The notes under the pieces were generated by a model. The model saw only the letters and a program-made list of their open reading frames with translations, searched no databases and had not been told where the DNA came from. A DNA stretch of 64,000 bases from Balanoglossus misakiensis. Taxonomy: Eukaryota; Animalia; Hemichordata. The first letter of the stretch is position 1; each line of letters starts with the position of its first letter. A program made the position numbers and the translations under genes. This document shows, piece after piece, positions 62,951 to 64,000 of this stretch. The stretch spans positions 2,454,760 to 2,518,759 of the forward strand of contig CM082576.2 of the NCBI GenBank assembly GCA_040954595.2. Reading direction: 5' to 3'.

Positions 62951-64000
62951 CTAAGTGGTGTTAATTAACGGTTGTCCAGGTAGGCGTTCCCTTCTGACAT
63001 GCTACATCCTTCAAATGGTGTAAATTCCACAAGTAAAATTGGCCAATGTTGAGCAAATGCGCAAAATGTTCATTTCATGATATTTACTATTCTGAAAATC
63101 ATGACGTGCGATTACCACATGTCATCGTGTCACCATGTACGTTATTATTCCGCCGAGAATTGACAATAAAGGTGGTTGACCAGCCACGAGACCATGACGT
63201 CACAAATCAATCAAGACACTGTCGGAAGACGTCTGGCACGCACGCATGATCAGCCGTGATTGGACAGACAAAAAATTTAAAATTGGTTAATTTCCTTTTC
63301 AGCGTTAATGAAAACACTGCCGAGATAAATTGAACGTTTCATTACATTAACAGTATCTGTTAATCAACCTCGAAAATCTCATTTCATCTTGATCGATATC
63401 AAATATTTGACTTTCCAGAAGACTTCAAAATACAATGTTGTACGAGTATTTAAAGTTGCGGAGGGATCTAAGATCAAACTCAAACACATTTGTGGCTTAT
63501 GATTTCTTGAGCAAAACACGTAGCTAGTGGAAGGTATTGCTTTTCTAACCAATCAAAGTGATTTATATTTGATCAATTTATTTTAATGTTTTAATGGATT
63601 ATTACGATTTTCTGGTCGACTGTCAGAACATTATGTAATCGGATTCTGATTGCTTCGTCGACCGGCAGGGTGCAAATTGTAATCAGTCGACAGGGATTTG
63701 GCGTAATTCAAAATGCCTAGATTAAGATTAATGACATCACGAGATCGCAATATTGAGTGACCGTGTAATAACCAATGGAACACGACATTTTTCATACTTG
63801 TCGCTTGTCTGTTGGTATTATTGGCTTACGCGTGTGTTCTTATTTATCATCCGATTGGATTAGTACATGTAATATGAATTGTTTCTGCATATTGGGCAAG
63901 AGTCACATATTGATGGGTTACAAGTTCTTACATGAGTTAGCGTACATGATTATTCATTACAAACTTAGGCGATGCAGTGGTTCATTGGCCAACAGCTGTC

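Overview
AT-rich, intron-containing invertebrate animal genomic DNA (not prokaryotic); the phylum cannot be fixed from this sequence. Gene models were assembled by hand from GT-AG junctions with reading-frame checks. From left to right: an 11-exon kindlin/fermitin gene (-, 4474-30746, 16.6 kb first intron); an 11-exon Rel/Dorsal-class NF-kB gene (-, 32747-37956) with clustered kappaB sites upstream; three tandem ~75-nt Pol III-type small RNA genes with Y RNA / stem-bulge RNA hallmarks, each with its own PSE+TATA promoter (39.5-41.3 kb); a myristoylated raftlin-like gene (-); an intronless fuseless-family gene (+); two head-to-head, shortened TRPC-like channel paralogues; an isolated terminal exon of an M14 carboxypeptidase; and the 3' end of a single-pass membrane protein gene. 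Non-autonomous DNA transposons (one foldback/MULE-like, two piggyBac-like MITEs) sit in introns. The most notable observation is the Y-RNA-like cluster, which the ORF track cannot show.
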